Shown here one piece after another: positions 26,811 to 38,589 of a stretch of DNA of 42,157 bases. A model generated the notes under the pieces. It ran no database searches and was not told the origin of the DNA. It saw only the letters and a program-made list of their open reading frames with translations. A program made the translations under genes and the position numbers. Source of the DNA: Seison nebaliae (Eukaryota); the NCBI GenBank assembly GCA_023231475.1, contig JALJEE010002831.1, positions 1 to 42,157 of the forward strand, read 5' to 3'. Within the stretch, counting starts at the first letter, position 1. Each line of letters begins with the position of its first letter.

Positions 26811-29800
26811 TTATTGATCCACACCATCAGTAGTGGGATAAGTATAAAATGAAAATGGCTCAAACTTATGTCCTTCGCCTTTATAGAATTTACTTTGAAA
26901 TTCGATCCAATGCAATCGGAGAGCGTGAAGGAAGGCGCTAAGACCTTCCATGAACAACAAGATTCCCACACTCAACACTGCCCAGAAGGCGAACGTTCCC
27001 ATTAAAACTACTGATCCCAAAATACTATTGATTTGGAAACCGATACGGAGAACCATCACCCACATAACTTCAGCTAATTCTAAAAAGAAAGAAAGATGTA
27101 ATAAATTGAAGTGAAAAATTGAAACGTGCATGAGCTAAAGAGAGAGCCCAAAGACGAAGATAAGAGGCTGTGTGAGAGACACATCCCAAACAATATTCAA
27201 TCGTATGAATCGCTTGATGTACGAGAATGTCTGATAAATCGAATTTCTCTTCTTTAACTGCATGTTCCTCTTCGTCTTCAATCATCATCTGAAGAACTTC
27301 TCCTTCGTTCGGATTTCTTATTGGAACTTCAGATAAAACTGTTCCTTTTCTCTGTGAATTATTTGAAAAATATTAATGAAATATAAAGAAGAAAAAATAT
27401 AAAAAAACTTCGCTAATTTTATTCTTCCGATATAGATAATACGGACGACCAAATAATAATAACGGAATACAACTCATTGCGATGATAACGAAGAAATTTT
27501 GTAAATGTTTCTATTTCCACATACATAAATTGAATTTGAAAAGAAGAGAAGAAAAAAAAGGGAAACTTGTCCACGATAAAACGGTGCAACACTACATGGT
27601 TCAGTCGCGTATGTCATCATGAACATATTGATCAAATCTAGAAAAAGAAATGAGATAATAAATGGAAAGTAAAAAATCGAACGTATTAGGAGAGATGGTG
27701 CACAACCGGCACCGTTAATCGGTGAACTAGTACCATCGAATCTGAGCCATTTGTAGAACATGAGAATGCAAAGATAGACGAAGAGAAGTGAGAGGAATAA
27801 GCATTCAGGAATGAACATCAAATATATTTTATCTTTCTGATCAAAATGTCTAAAAAATGATATTGAACAATCATATTTGAAAACATTTGAAAATTATTCT
27901 AACAAATGATTCAGTAGACTCAACATTAATCCAAAGACCATATGTGTGACGCCGAATATGATGCTCAATTTCATTTTAAGGGAATTGGTAAAAAGAATTT
28001 TATTTGTTGATAATTGCCATAACTAAAAACGAAAAATTTTCATTAGACAATTCACAAAATAACTTTCAATTTCAAAACAACAAATTTTTCTTCGAGAAAT
28101 AATTATTAAATATAAATTTAAAATTATTTTGTATGAAAATATTGGAAATTCGAAAAGTGATCATTTGAATGAAAATAATGATAACTAACTGGATCAATAC
28201 CGAAAGCGTATGACGCACCAGAATACATAGTGGCATTAGCGGAAGAGATTGGTGCCGGATCCAATTGTATAAGTGGATTTTCATTAATGAATTTGTCATC
28301 GAAATCAACTCGCCAACTGGATGATGCTAATTTGATAGGTCGAGCAAATGTTTCATTATAAAGAAGTCCCGTATACATACTGAACACACCCATCAATAAA
28401 AGAATGTAACGACCACTAAAAACTATATTCCATACTTCACTTTTGATACGTTTAGCAATGAACTTCTTCTCACCCAACACAAGAATGAGAGCGATAACGG
28501 TCAAGAGTAAACCATGTCCCAAATCGCCGAACATAATGGCAAAAATGAAAGGAAATGTAATGACAATGAATGGTGTAGGATTCATTTCACGATAACTTCC
28601 AATTCCATAAGCGTCCACGATATTCTGATAAGGATCCGTTATTTTATTCGTCCGATAATATGTGGGTGGTTGTTCGTGTGATGGAATACGATTCACCATC
28701 GACGGTAATGTACTACCCGAATTTTCACTGCCAATACGAAGAGCATAAGTTATACGATCAAGTTCGTTACATGGGGCCCATGCTTCACCCAACAAACATT
28801 TCTGTCCCACGTCCATATTGAAGAGATTGAGGACGTGATAAATCGCTTTAATTTTTCTCACTCGAATTTGCCAATTCATCAAATTCTTTGCTGTCGCTGT
28901 TAAGATCTTATTTCGATGTTGTTCCGTTTTTTGTACGACCGTTTTCATATCCTCCAATCGTGAGAGAACATCCATCGACATATCTTTCCGTTCGGTCGGT
29001 ACTTCAGGACATGGATAAATACTGGCTTGGAATCCTTCACAAATCTTCTTCACTCGATTTTTCAATTGAGCTCCTTGGAAGAAGATGATGAAAACTGATT
29101 TCCATACATCTTCTTTTTCACTCCGACCTTCACTATCCAATTTATATACAGTCAACTTCTCTTCGATTTCAGCATGACGTAAAAAGACATTACCATGACA
29201 AACTCTCCATAACATTCGTTCGAATGTTGGTAATCGATCAGTTTGGATAACACCAGCAACGAATCTTTTGAAAAAAAAAAAATAAGAATTATAATCATTT
29301 GACATGTTGAACGATAATGGATTGTTAAAGAGCAAATCAAATTATAAAGAAAATTAATTGAAATGTGAAGAAGGATCGTCGTCGTTGAAATGATTAATTT
29401 TCTTTTACTTCCAATGAAAGAGATGTCATGGGGGAAATTGAGGGGAAAATTGTTGTTTTTTTTCGGAAAGGAAGAGGAATGACGAAATTGGGAATAAAAT
29501 AAGAAACCTAAGATTTTGAAGCGATTGTGCATCATTCGTTTCATTGATGAGTTCTTTATCTTCCTTTGTCGTCTGATCAGAAGAATCCTCATTCAAATTC
29601 ACATGAATCGATTCAGCAGTACCATTCGACTAGAGAGAACAATCAAAACAAATCTATAATTCTATATGGTCGTTGCCAGAAATGGAAATAGAGCATACAC
29701 CAACAAAATCCGTCAAACGGCAACTAAAATCTTTAAGAAACTCACAAAAGGGAAATATTCATTTCGACGACAACAGAAAAGGAAAAAACAAACAAAAATT

Positions 29801-31034
29801 GAAGAGGTTAATTATTGAAGATTAATTAATTAAAGAAGAAGAAGACGACGACGACTATGACGATTGAAAGAAAAATAAATATTTCGAATGATTAAAATTT
29901 GTCGGATGAAACAGAAAGAAAAAGATAAGAGAAGTTTTTTGGATGAAAGAAAAGGAGAATGAATTAAACCGAAGTGCAAAATTGGTTGGAATTAATCCAC
30001 CTTCATTCGTATCATTATATTCATCATCGAGTAGACCAACTCCATCGTCACCTGTGGGAGTGAAGTGTCGATGAACTTCGTCGGTTCCTCGTCCTCCGAA
30101 GTTCAATGCTCGACTATCCTGCCATGAGCCCTTTTAGTTATGTGTAATGGAATGAATGAATAATTGAAGATTAATTTAAACGAATTAAATATCTAGAAAA
30201 TTTTTGAAAATATTTCCATTTCTCTACATCCAAATCTTCTCCTAATTCTCAAAATACTTTTTCTTCACGAAAGAATAATTAAAGGAAATATTTGTTTGTA
30301 ATAAACATTAATTCTTTCATTTTTTTTTTAATTTTCACTCAACCGATTTAATCATCATATTCATCACATATTATACATGAAGGACAAATTAATATAATTG
30401 ATTAGCGAATGAAAAAATTGAAATAGAAGAATCAACAACGACAACAATAAGAACAAGAACAACAATAACGACAACGACAAATGGAAGAATTGAATAGAAC
30501 GAACTTCACTGAAGAAGAGTTGAGTCTTCCGCAAAATATGTTTCATTTCGATTAATTCCGAATAATTCTTCCGTAACATATCATAATTTTTATTCACTTC
30601 CTTCAACTCCAATTCCAATTTCTCTAAAGTTGACTGAAAATTGAAGAGAAAAATATTCTCTTTTAGTTTGGAAGGAGAATGAATATGGAAACTTCTAAAT
30701 CGATCATATCTTTTGTATGTGGAGCTGGTGGATATTCGCCAATATCGACAATTTGAATATCTTCTTTGTCGATCTCATTCTTGAAATATCCTGTGATTGA
30801 TGATTGTCAAAAGTGAATTGAAAGTTAAATATCCCAACTTAATTTCCGTTCCATTTCATCACAGCGTCTTAGTTCGTTGATATATTTACGTTGGAAGGCG
30901 GAGAGATCAGGATTCATATCACGAAATTGAACGATGCCACATTCACCTAACTCCGACACGCAATTGTATGCGGCTTCCGGTTGTAAGTAAATATGACATA
31001 ATGTCATCTCTTCACCACGAAAGATCGTTCCCAT
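26811..31034 (-). CDS. ATP6V0A: V-type proton ATPase V0 subunit a (116 kDa)
   Basis: [110 protein letters not shown]. Multiple short introns plus two alternative exons. Confidence 0.98.
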
Positions 31035-31696
31035 GTTAAGTGATTGCTAATCAAATCATCAATCGCCAGACGAGAAAAATCTAAAGAAAAAATATTCGAA
31101 ATCACAATCTCTTCATAAAAATTTTCATCAAATTAAAAATTGCTCATTTCAATTCACGCCAACATGGAAAATGTATGAACAAATATTTATTAATTGATTA
31201 ATAGTGAACAACATACCAATTGAAGATGGATGTTGACACGATGAAAAGAATAAGAAATATTAATATTATTCAAATTATCAATAATGTCAGAGAAAACTGT
31301 TGTTGTTGGAATTTTGAAATTTGCGATCTTTTTTTGAAAGAGAAAAATTTCTCCTTTCTGCTTATTCGGTAATTTCAACTTTCTATTTGAGCATATCATT
31401 CCCAGAGACATTAGTTCTTTCATTTTTTCCCAGATGTTCAAAAATTATTCGAATTTATTTCTATCTAACTTTACATTAAATTCATCAATATTATTTGAAA
31501 TTAGTTAATTTGTTCAATTAAAAAAATATGGAAACGAATTCCGATGAAGAAACAAATAGAAAGAGTTGGAGTTACTATGTCAAATACAAATTTCAATTGT
31601 TTTATTTTTACACTTTTCGTTATCTGTTTTCAATTTTGTTTTCGTTCTACGTCCCTCAAAACTTCATTCCTTTTCGCTTTCTCATATTTATCCGAA

Positions 31697-32236
31697 ATGT
31701 CATTGATTAACTGCAATTTCGATAACACTCTCCAAAAGGAGATGAATGAGCAAATCAATCGAGAGTTCTATGCTTCGTATGTTTATCGTGCAATGGCATT
31801 CAATTTCGATCGTCAGGAATATTACGCGCCAGGACATGTCAAAATGTTTAAGGAGCGAGCGAACGAAGAAATCGAACATGCGGAGACATTGATGCATTAT
31901 ATGAATAAGAGAGGTGGTCTAGTCCAATTACAACCAATTCGTCAACCCGATAAGAACGAATGGCTCAATTTCGGTGATGCACTTTTTGATGCATTGCTAT
32001 TGGAGAAGAATGTCTACATTGAATTGAAAGTTCTAGCGCAGTTAGCCGAAGAGAAACGTGATCTGCATATGACCGATTTTCTCACCACTCAATATCTTAC
32101 TGAACAAATTGACGATATTAGACTACTGGGAAATATGCTAACGCAATTGGAGAGAGCCGAGACTAATATTGGCACTCATTTATTCGATCTACAATTCTTG
32201 AAAGATGAGAAGAAGAACGAGGAGAAATCCCAATAA
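31697..32236 (+). CDS. FTH: Ferritin, heavy-chain type (intronless; possible in-frame N-terminal extension from 31544/31577)
   Basis: QINREFYASYVY, EEIEHAE, NKRGG, ALLLEK, D.H.TDFL, YLTEQ. Ferroxidase residues equivalent to E27, Y34, E61, E62, H65, E107 and Q141 are present. Confidence 0.95.
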   Translation: MSLINCNFDNTLQKEMNEQINREFYASYVYRAMAFNFDRQEYYAPGHVKMFKERANEEIEHAETLMHYMNKRGGLVQLQPIRQPDKNEWLNFGDALFDALLLEKNVYIELKVLAQLAEEKRDLHMTDFLTTQYLTEQIDDIRLLGNMLTQLERAETNIGTHLFDLQFLKDEKKNEEKSQ

Positions 32237-32723
32237 ATAATCGGACGATTCAACTCATTCGATTTTGAATGAATGTGGTATCCATGTAACATTGAACATT
32301 CATTTATTTGTAAGATTAGCAATAATTTGTAATCATTTACATTTTCTTTAATAAACTCCATCACCTTTAATTATTTTAATCAGGAATTTCTTATTTCAAT
32401 CTCCTATTTATGTCAACTAAAATTAATCTTCAATTTCAATATAATTTACTTCAGTTTTTTATTTTAGATTGATAGTTGAAATTATAGACGTATTATAACA
32501 CTATTAGAGACAAGCGAGATTAAATAAAAAAATTTCAAGAATTCAACAAACATATATTGAAATTATTTTTCCATTTTTAACCTATAATAAGTTAAATTAA
32601 ATTTGATTGTAAGAGATATCTTTAAAATTTGTATTGATATAATAATGAAAATATTATGTAGTTTTTTTAAAAATTTATTTGTAAAACATTTCATACATAC
32701 GATTATACACAAACATGGAGATA

Positions 32724-34721
32724 TTATGAAATTAATAACTGGACGTTTTCTCTCAACATCTCTATGAGATTACCCAAATTTTCACTTCTCTCATCCTTCA
32801 CTTTCCAACAATTGGACAATTCGTGGTATCTATAAAATGAAGAGATAAATTTAAATTATTCCTTCATAAGACAATTCAACGATGGGACACATATCTCACG
32901 CAACGTAGAGATCTCCTACCACTCACCGTAGAGGAGATCGATCAAACATTTCAATTTATCCCGACGGGAATTTCAATTAAAAAAAAAATCACTAAACAAG
33001 TCTTCGTCGTATCGGAAATAAGAGGAGAGTTCCAATCGTTTACCGTCAGAAAGATAATTGAAAATTTCCGAATTACGCAACTCTCCGTAAGGTTGAGCAG
33101 CTAAATTGAATATTTCCCAAATGGTAACGGCACAACTCCAACTGAGTAAAAAAATAATTTTAAAAGGAACATTATGGAAACTAACAGATCGGATTGATGA
33201 GAGACATTTTTGTCATTTTCAAAACATTCCAATGCCATCCATCGATAAGGCAAAAAATTATTATCTATAACAATCTCGTCACAATCATCAATTACTTCAT
33301 TTCCGTCATTCAATTCATCTTTCAATTCGTCTTCATGAAGAGCCAAACCAAAGTCACTTAATTTCAACCAATAACTTGAAAAGATTAAACAATTTCTGAG
33401 AGATATATCTCGATGGATTATCTAACAATGAAAATGGAATTCGAAAATTTCTAAACTTTCCTTTCTTTCAAATATTCAACTGCTCGACACAATTGTAAAG
33501 AGAAGACGGAGAGTGTTAACCGAATTGAATCTTTCGTTTTATTTCGAAAATCTTTTCGCAACAAGAACTCTCTCCCGTTGCCATGCGAAGCAAAACCTAC
33601 GAAATGATAAATATAGACACATAAATAAGATTGAGAGAAAACCTGTAGCGAGAATTGGTGGAAATGATTGAGAGATGAGATTATGCGTCTCATCATCAAC
33701 ATTATTGTCTTCATTCGAAATGAATGAAGGTCCTTTTATACAATAAAACATTCCATATGAAATGAAAGGAGATAAATTTCTTGTTTCACATTCTAATAAT
33801 CTTTTATGAATATCGATCTCATGAGAAAGACAATTATATTCTTTTTTCGTCCAAAAAATTTTGAGCGTTTTAAATGCATACATCTCCTCCTCATTAAAGC
33901 CGACGTTTCCTGTATAGATGTCGCCAAAACTCCCACAATTCACCCATTTATTATTGAATATTCTAAGGAAATTAATTCAAATAATTGACAAAAAGAAAAA
34001 TTGGAACTCTTCTCGATCAATCTCTTTCAATTTGTTCGTAGTCCAATGTCGGAAATATGGAGAGTCGTGAAATTGTTCAATGCACTTTTCATCTTTCCGA
34101 TATTTCAATTTTTCACTTCGATTAAAATTCTAAAAAAATATTTTATAATTTATTTCCCCCAAAAAAATAAACCTCTTCCAGATTGGAAATGAATGACAAT
34201 TTCTCTGAAGATTTCTTCCGATAACACCAAATAAATCCAATGAATATGAGTGGAAGGAGAAGAAGGAAAAGAAAATAGAAATATTTCACGTGTAATTTTT
34301 GCATTTTCAAGAATTTTAATCGAATCCAATTGGTAGTGGAACCAAATCGATTTCTGCCCATACAACAATATTTTCCTTCATCTTCCTTCTTCATTCCATC
34401 GATCGTATACGTCATATTAATCTCATCAAATCGATAGACCATTCCATGAATAGCCGAATAATCTAACAAAGTCTTCCCATTCTTATCGTCACATCGATAT
34501 AATCGAAATTCAGCGACAAGTTCCTCTTGTCGATATGTCGTACAGTTTATAAGAAACTTTTCATTCTCTTTCACTTCGTATGTCGTTCCGGAATAGATGT
34601 TCAATATCGGCTCCTTACCAAATCCCACAACTACCGATGAGAAGAAAAAATCTGATGAATATCATTTAAAACAAATTTCACCTTTTCCAATCAGCCAATA
34701 TAAATTGAAGAGTAAAAACAT
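32724..34721 (-). CDS. Divergent receptor tyrosine kinase (signal peptide, one Ig-like domain, TM helix, kinase)
   Basis: Ig motif FLINC...EDEGKYCCMGRNRFG; TM FYFLFLLLLPLIFIGFIW; kinase motifs NCGSFGDIY, AFKTLK, IIHRDISLRNC, LSDFGLA, LPYRWMALE, SDLWS, QPY, CWK; 7 introns. Confidence 0.88.
32881..32975. repeat. Hairpin-rich dispersed repeat inside the last RTK intron
   Basis: Inverted repeat GATCTCCT(32910-17)/AGGAGATC(32932-39). 32953-32974 matches 2676-2697 in reverse complement at 19/22; related motifs at ~25009-25033 and ~25131-25168. Confidence 0.6.
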
Positions 34722-34857
34722 AAAAATGTTTATTTTGGATACTCCAAATGACGAGGCCAAACATTCTTAAATTAATCATCTTTCTTCTCTCCTCTTCACA
34801 TTTGTTTTGTTTATTATCATTTAACAAATACTTCTCATCGCTCACCTACAAAAAATT

Positions 34858-34919
34858 ATATTTTAATATTTTATTTTAATATTTTATTTTATTTTAATAT
34901 TTTATTTTAATATTTTATT
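34858..34919. repeat. AT-only ~13-bp tandem repeat
   Basis: TTTTAATATTTTA repeated about four times. Confidence 0.85.
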
Positions 34920-36069
34920 CTATTATATATATATATTATAATAACTATCAGTTTACAGTATAGTTATCAATAACTAACAGTATGAAATAAAATTTTTATA
35001 ATTTTTATTCATTCGTAACCTCTTCAATTCTTTAAGGTTCTTAAATAACTTTAACGATAATTCATTAACATAATAAACTCAAGTTCTTTAGTCTTTAAAG
35101 TTCTTTCCGACACCATTTTATTTAGCAACCTATTTAGATGGAGAGAATTTTGGGGAAGTGTATTCGATATTATTCACTGAATAATATTCAGATGGATATA
35201 AGCCGCAATAGCAAATAGCAGCCAATATCATGGTTACAACACTGGGTGTCACACTAATAAGGGAGAAGAATATTCAAAAACTCACCCACCTTCATTTCAA
35301 TAGGTCAATAAAAGTTTCAGTAGGTGAATTTATCGAAATATCTTGACATCCTTAACATATCGGTGGTATTTCTCGAATGCTGATACTGTCAGAAACTTTG
35401 GAAGAAGAGTTCTTCCATTTCTCCATACTTCTAATCGCTCAATAATTCTATTCTATTCCCTCATTCGCAAGCCGATATGGAATGGAGTAAAATAATAATT
35501 AATATTATCCAGGAATGCTATAGATTCTATAGTATAGAAGCAAATGTGAATGAACGCAGTTAACATTTCCTACTCCCTTTCATTCATCTTCTCTATAAAC
35601 ATCTTATCATTCCTTTCATTTGTTTGGATAAAAATTTCGACCTCTGACCTGGGGCCGATGGAGAATAAATAAAAATACAACACGTTGAAAATATATCAAA
35701 GCGAGGGTAAAACAGATATGCCTTCGTTGTGCCAATATTATTATTATGATCCCGTTAGAGATTAGTTTTCTTTGAGATCAAGTTTAATTCAAGTTGTTCC
35801 AAATGATAAAATGATGTAAGGTTGATGAACACAATTTTTCCTAGACGAGATGGTCGATTGTGTGAAGTGATGGTAGATAAATGATATGGAAATGATTGAT
35901 ATAAAAAATAAAAAATTACTTCCTATTTATTCGATTAAATTGACATGATTCAAGTCGTTGATCTTATCACATATGGATATTTTCGGTGGCATTATTTCTT
36001 CTTCTTCCTGTATTCTCTGAAAATAGAAGAGGGAAATGGATCATAAATAAAAATATAATTTATTAGTCA

Positions 36070-36745
36070 TAAATTTCCTATACACAATTATTGACGTAAG
36101 ATGTGTAATAAAGAAGTATACAGATAAATTGAAGTACACAAAATCGGAATTTGATGACCATGAACCAATTTATGTATGGGTAAATAAATGTCCTGTTAGT
36201 GAAGGACGTAATTTAAAAGTGTTGTCATCTCAATGATGAATGTATCCGAAATGAATGTAGAGAGATCGAATCCGCATTCTTCACAATAATTCAGAGAGAA
36301 GAAAAAAGAAGAATTAAAATAATTGGGAGTATTCCCTCTTCGTTTTGATAGTTGGACAGATGAAAAGAACCATCTAGTACTGGAGGAGGAAAAGTAATTT
36401 CTTAAAATTTTCACATAAACTTTATAACATTAAATAACAATCTTACACTATATCATTCGTGTTGATCGAGTATAAAAGTAAAAGATTTCTCTCTGACTCA
36501 TTCATTCTTCCTTTTTTTTATTCCTATGAATTCTCCATTTATTTCCTAAACACCATCAACTATCTATCATGTATATAATCTGAATATGGAACGAAATGTT
36601 GGTTGGGGGAACTATCTCTACCGAACCCCTCACTCAATCTGAGAAGTAGAATCATATTCCTATTCTCAAGGATGAGACCCAATATAGCACTGACGAATTG
36701 TCCTAAGAACCACTAGGTCTATGATGAAATGTCCTTGAAAGTCCA
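36070..36745 (+). mobile_element. Strongly decayed non-LTR retrotransposon ORF2 remnant
   Basis: IID...EFDDHEPIYV resembles the endonuclease C-terminal SDH motif; IWNEMLVGGTI...IPILK...EPLGL resembles RT domains 1-2; many stops. Confidence 0.35.
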
Positions 36746-37444
36746 ATAATAAATTTAGTTTACTTCTACTGAACATTCATTGGAAGAATTTTTAAGAGAG
36801 TGATGTAAGCTCTAAAATTCCTTGCCATTGTATAGCGAAATATTTATGAGAAAAATTCAAATGGTTGAGTATTGTTGAAAGTTTTAAATCATCTAAAATT
36901 ATTATTTGTCTTTTTACTTCATCGTCGATGGAGGAGCATTTATGGGAGCATTGTATTAAATAGAAACGAACTGGTGCATATGTAGTAGTAGGAGATAATG
37001 GATATGTTCATGTGTTTTATTTTCCTTTTCGTTCTATTAAGGAGATGCAGGAGACTGAACATAAATCTTTTATTAAGCTTCCTATATTTGGTAGAATCTG
37101 TAAAACTTGAAAATTCTTTAAGAACATTAAGATTCTTTTCAGTTGTATATTTGTTTTATTAACGACAAACTTTAATTTATATTCCGCCATTATTCCCTTT
37201 ACGATGTTCAAGTTGATAATTTTCGATTATTCTACCTCTCACACACATTTTTCTATCTGAATTCCATAAAAAATACCAATTGGCAACATGGAGAGAATTA
37301 CGAACAAAATTTATTGAGAAATTTGTTTAATGAAATATTAAAATCTTTTTTTTTGAAATCAGATACCATTCGTGATAAAAAAGAATTGAGGAATTTCCTG
37401 ATCGATATTAATATATCGAGAGTATACGAACGAACTTGAGGAGA

Positions 37445-38551
37445 ATGACGTTAACACGACCGAATAAACTTCCATTGAAAAATAATTGGAAGAAAGCGAG
37501 ATATGGAGAGAGATCATCGAAGTCCATTCTCAATACACCAGATGTCGCAGCAATGATTGAATCAGAAGCAAGGAAAGACTCACAAGACATTGACAGTTAT
37601 ACGGATGGTAAATCGAAAGAATCGTTGAACGATATGCAGAATATTGTTCCGACGACATTCCACACTCAAACGAACCTCTCAACCGTTGTTGAGACGAATC
37701 GACGGTTTGGAGAGAAGAAAACGACAATTCAGCCGCCTCAATATAACATTGGGAAGGGATTAGATGATGAGAGTAGGGGGAAACGAAATGGAAATTCCTT
37801 GAAGTCAATAACGAAGCAGGGTAGACTAAGGAATGGAATGAAGAAAGCTAGATGGTCGAATGATAAGAACTTTAATGGACAAGACGTGAGTGATAGAGAG
37901 GATGATAAGGATTCGAAGGAGAATGATAAGGAAGTGATGGTGAAAACGGACGAATTCCTTCGAAGAGTTACACAAAAGAGTAATAGGAAAAATAATGGCT
38001 TGAATGAAAATGTTCGAATTGATGGTGTTGTTAGAGAGAATTTACTTCAGGACGACGGTTCTAAAAGTGAAATTTATCATTTGAACGAGGATAATGATAA
38101 TGAATTAAACGGAACAAGTATTAAGAGTCGTTGTGCTTCTGACATGGCGTTCATGTCAGGGAAATCAACTAAAACGATGAGTTTATCTGATAACAAGAAT
38201 GAGAAGAAGGTTGATGATGTTCATGAAGTGAATAAGAATAGTCATTCAATGAATGCCAAATTATCATCATCATTATCATCATCGATGTCATCACCAAGAC
38301 CAATGGCAACGACTTCGTCAGCATTTGATGATAGTTTTGATCACGAACCGAACAACATGGTCAATGGCATGACGAATCATATGGACTTCTCCAGTTTATA
38401 TGATTCCCAATCGAGAAATTATTCAAATACATCAATTAATACAACATCTGATTCATCTCATATTCATACAACTCGTCAACAAATTAATGATTCATTGACT
38501 CTTATGGATGATGAAGATATTAACAACAATAACAACAACAACAACAACAAC

Positions 38552-38589
<38 letters not shown>

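Noticed and set aside
31643..31696. GTT-starting pyrimidine-rich stretch before the ferritin ATG resembling an intron
   Set aside because: No AG acceptor before the conserved coding region; no evidence for a non-canonical acceptor.
34631..34682. First RTK intron as evidence for the GTT rule
   Set aside because: GTGAAA and GTTTTA donors 9 nt apart are both in frame, so it was excluded from the count.
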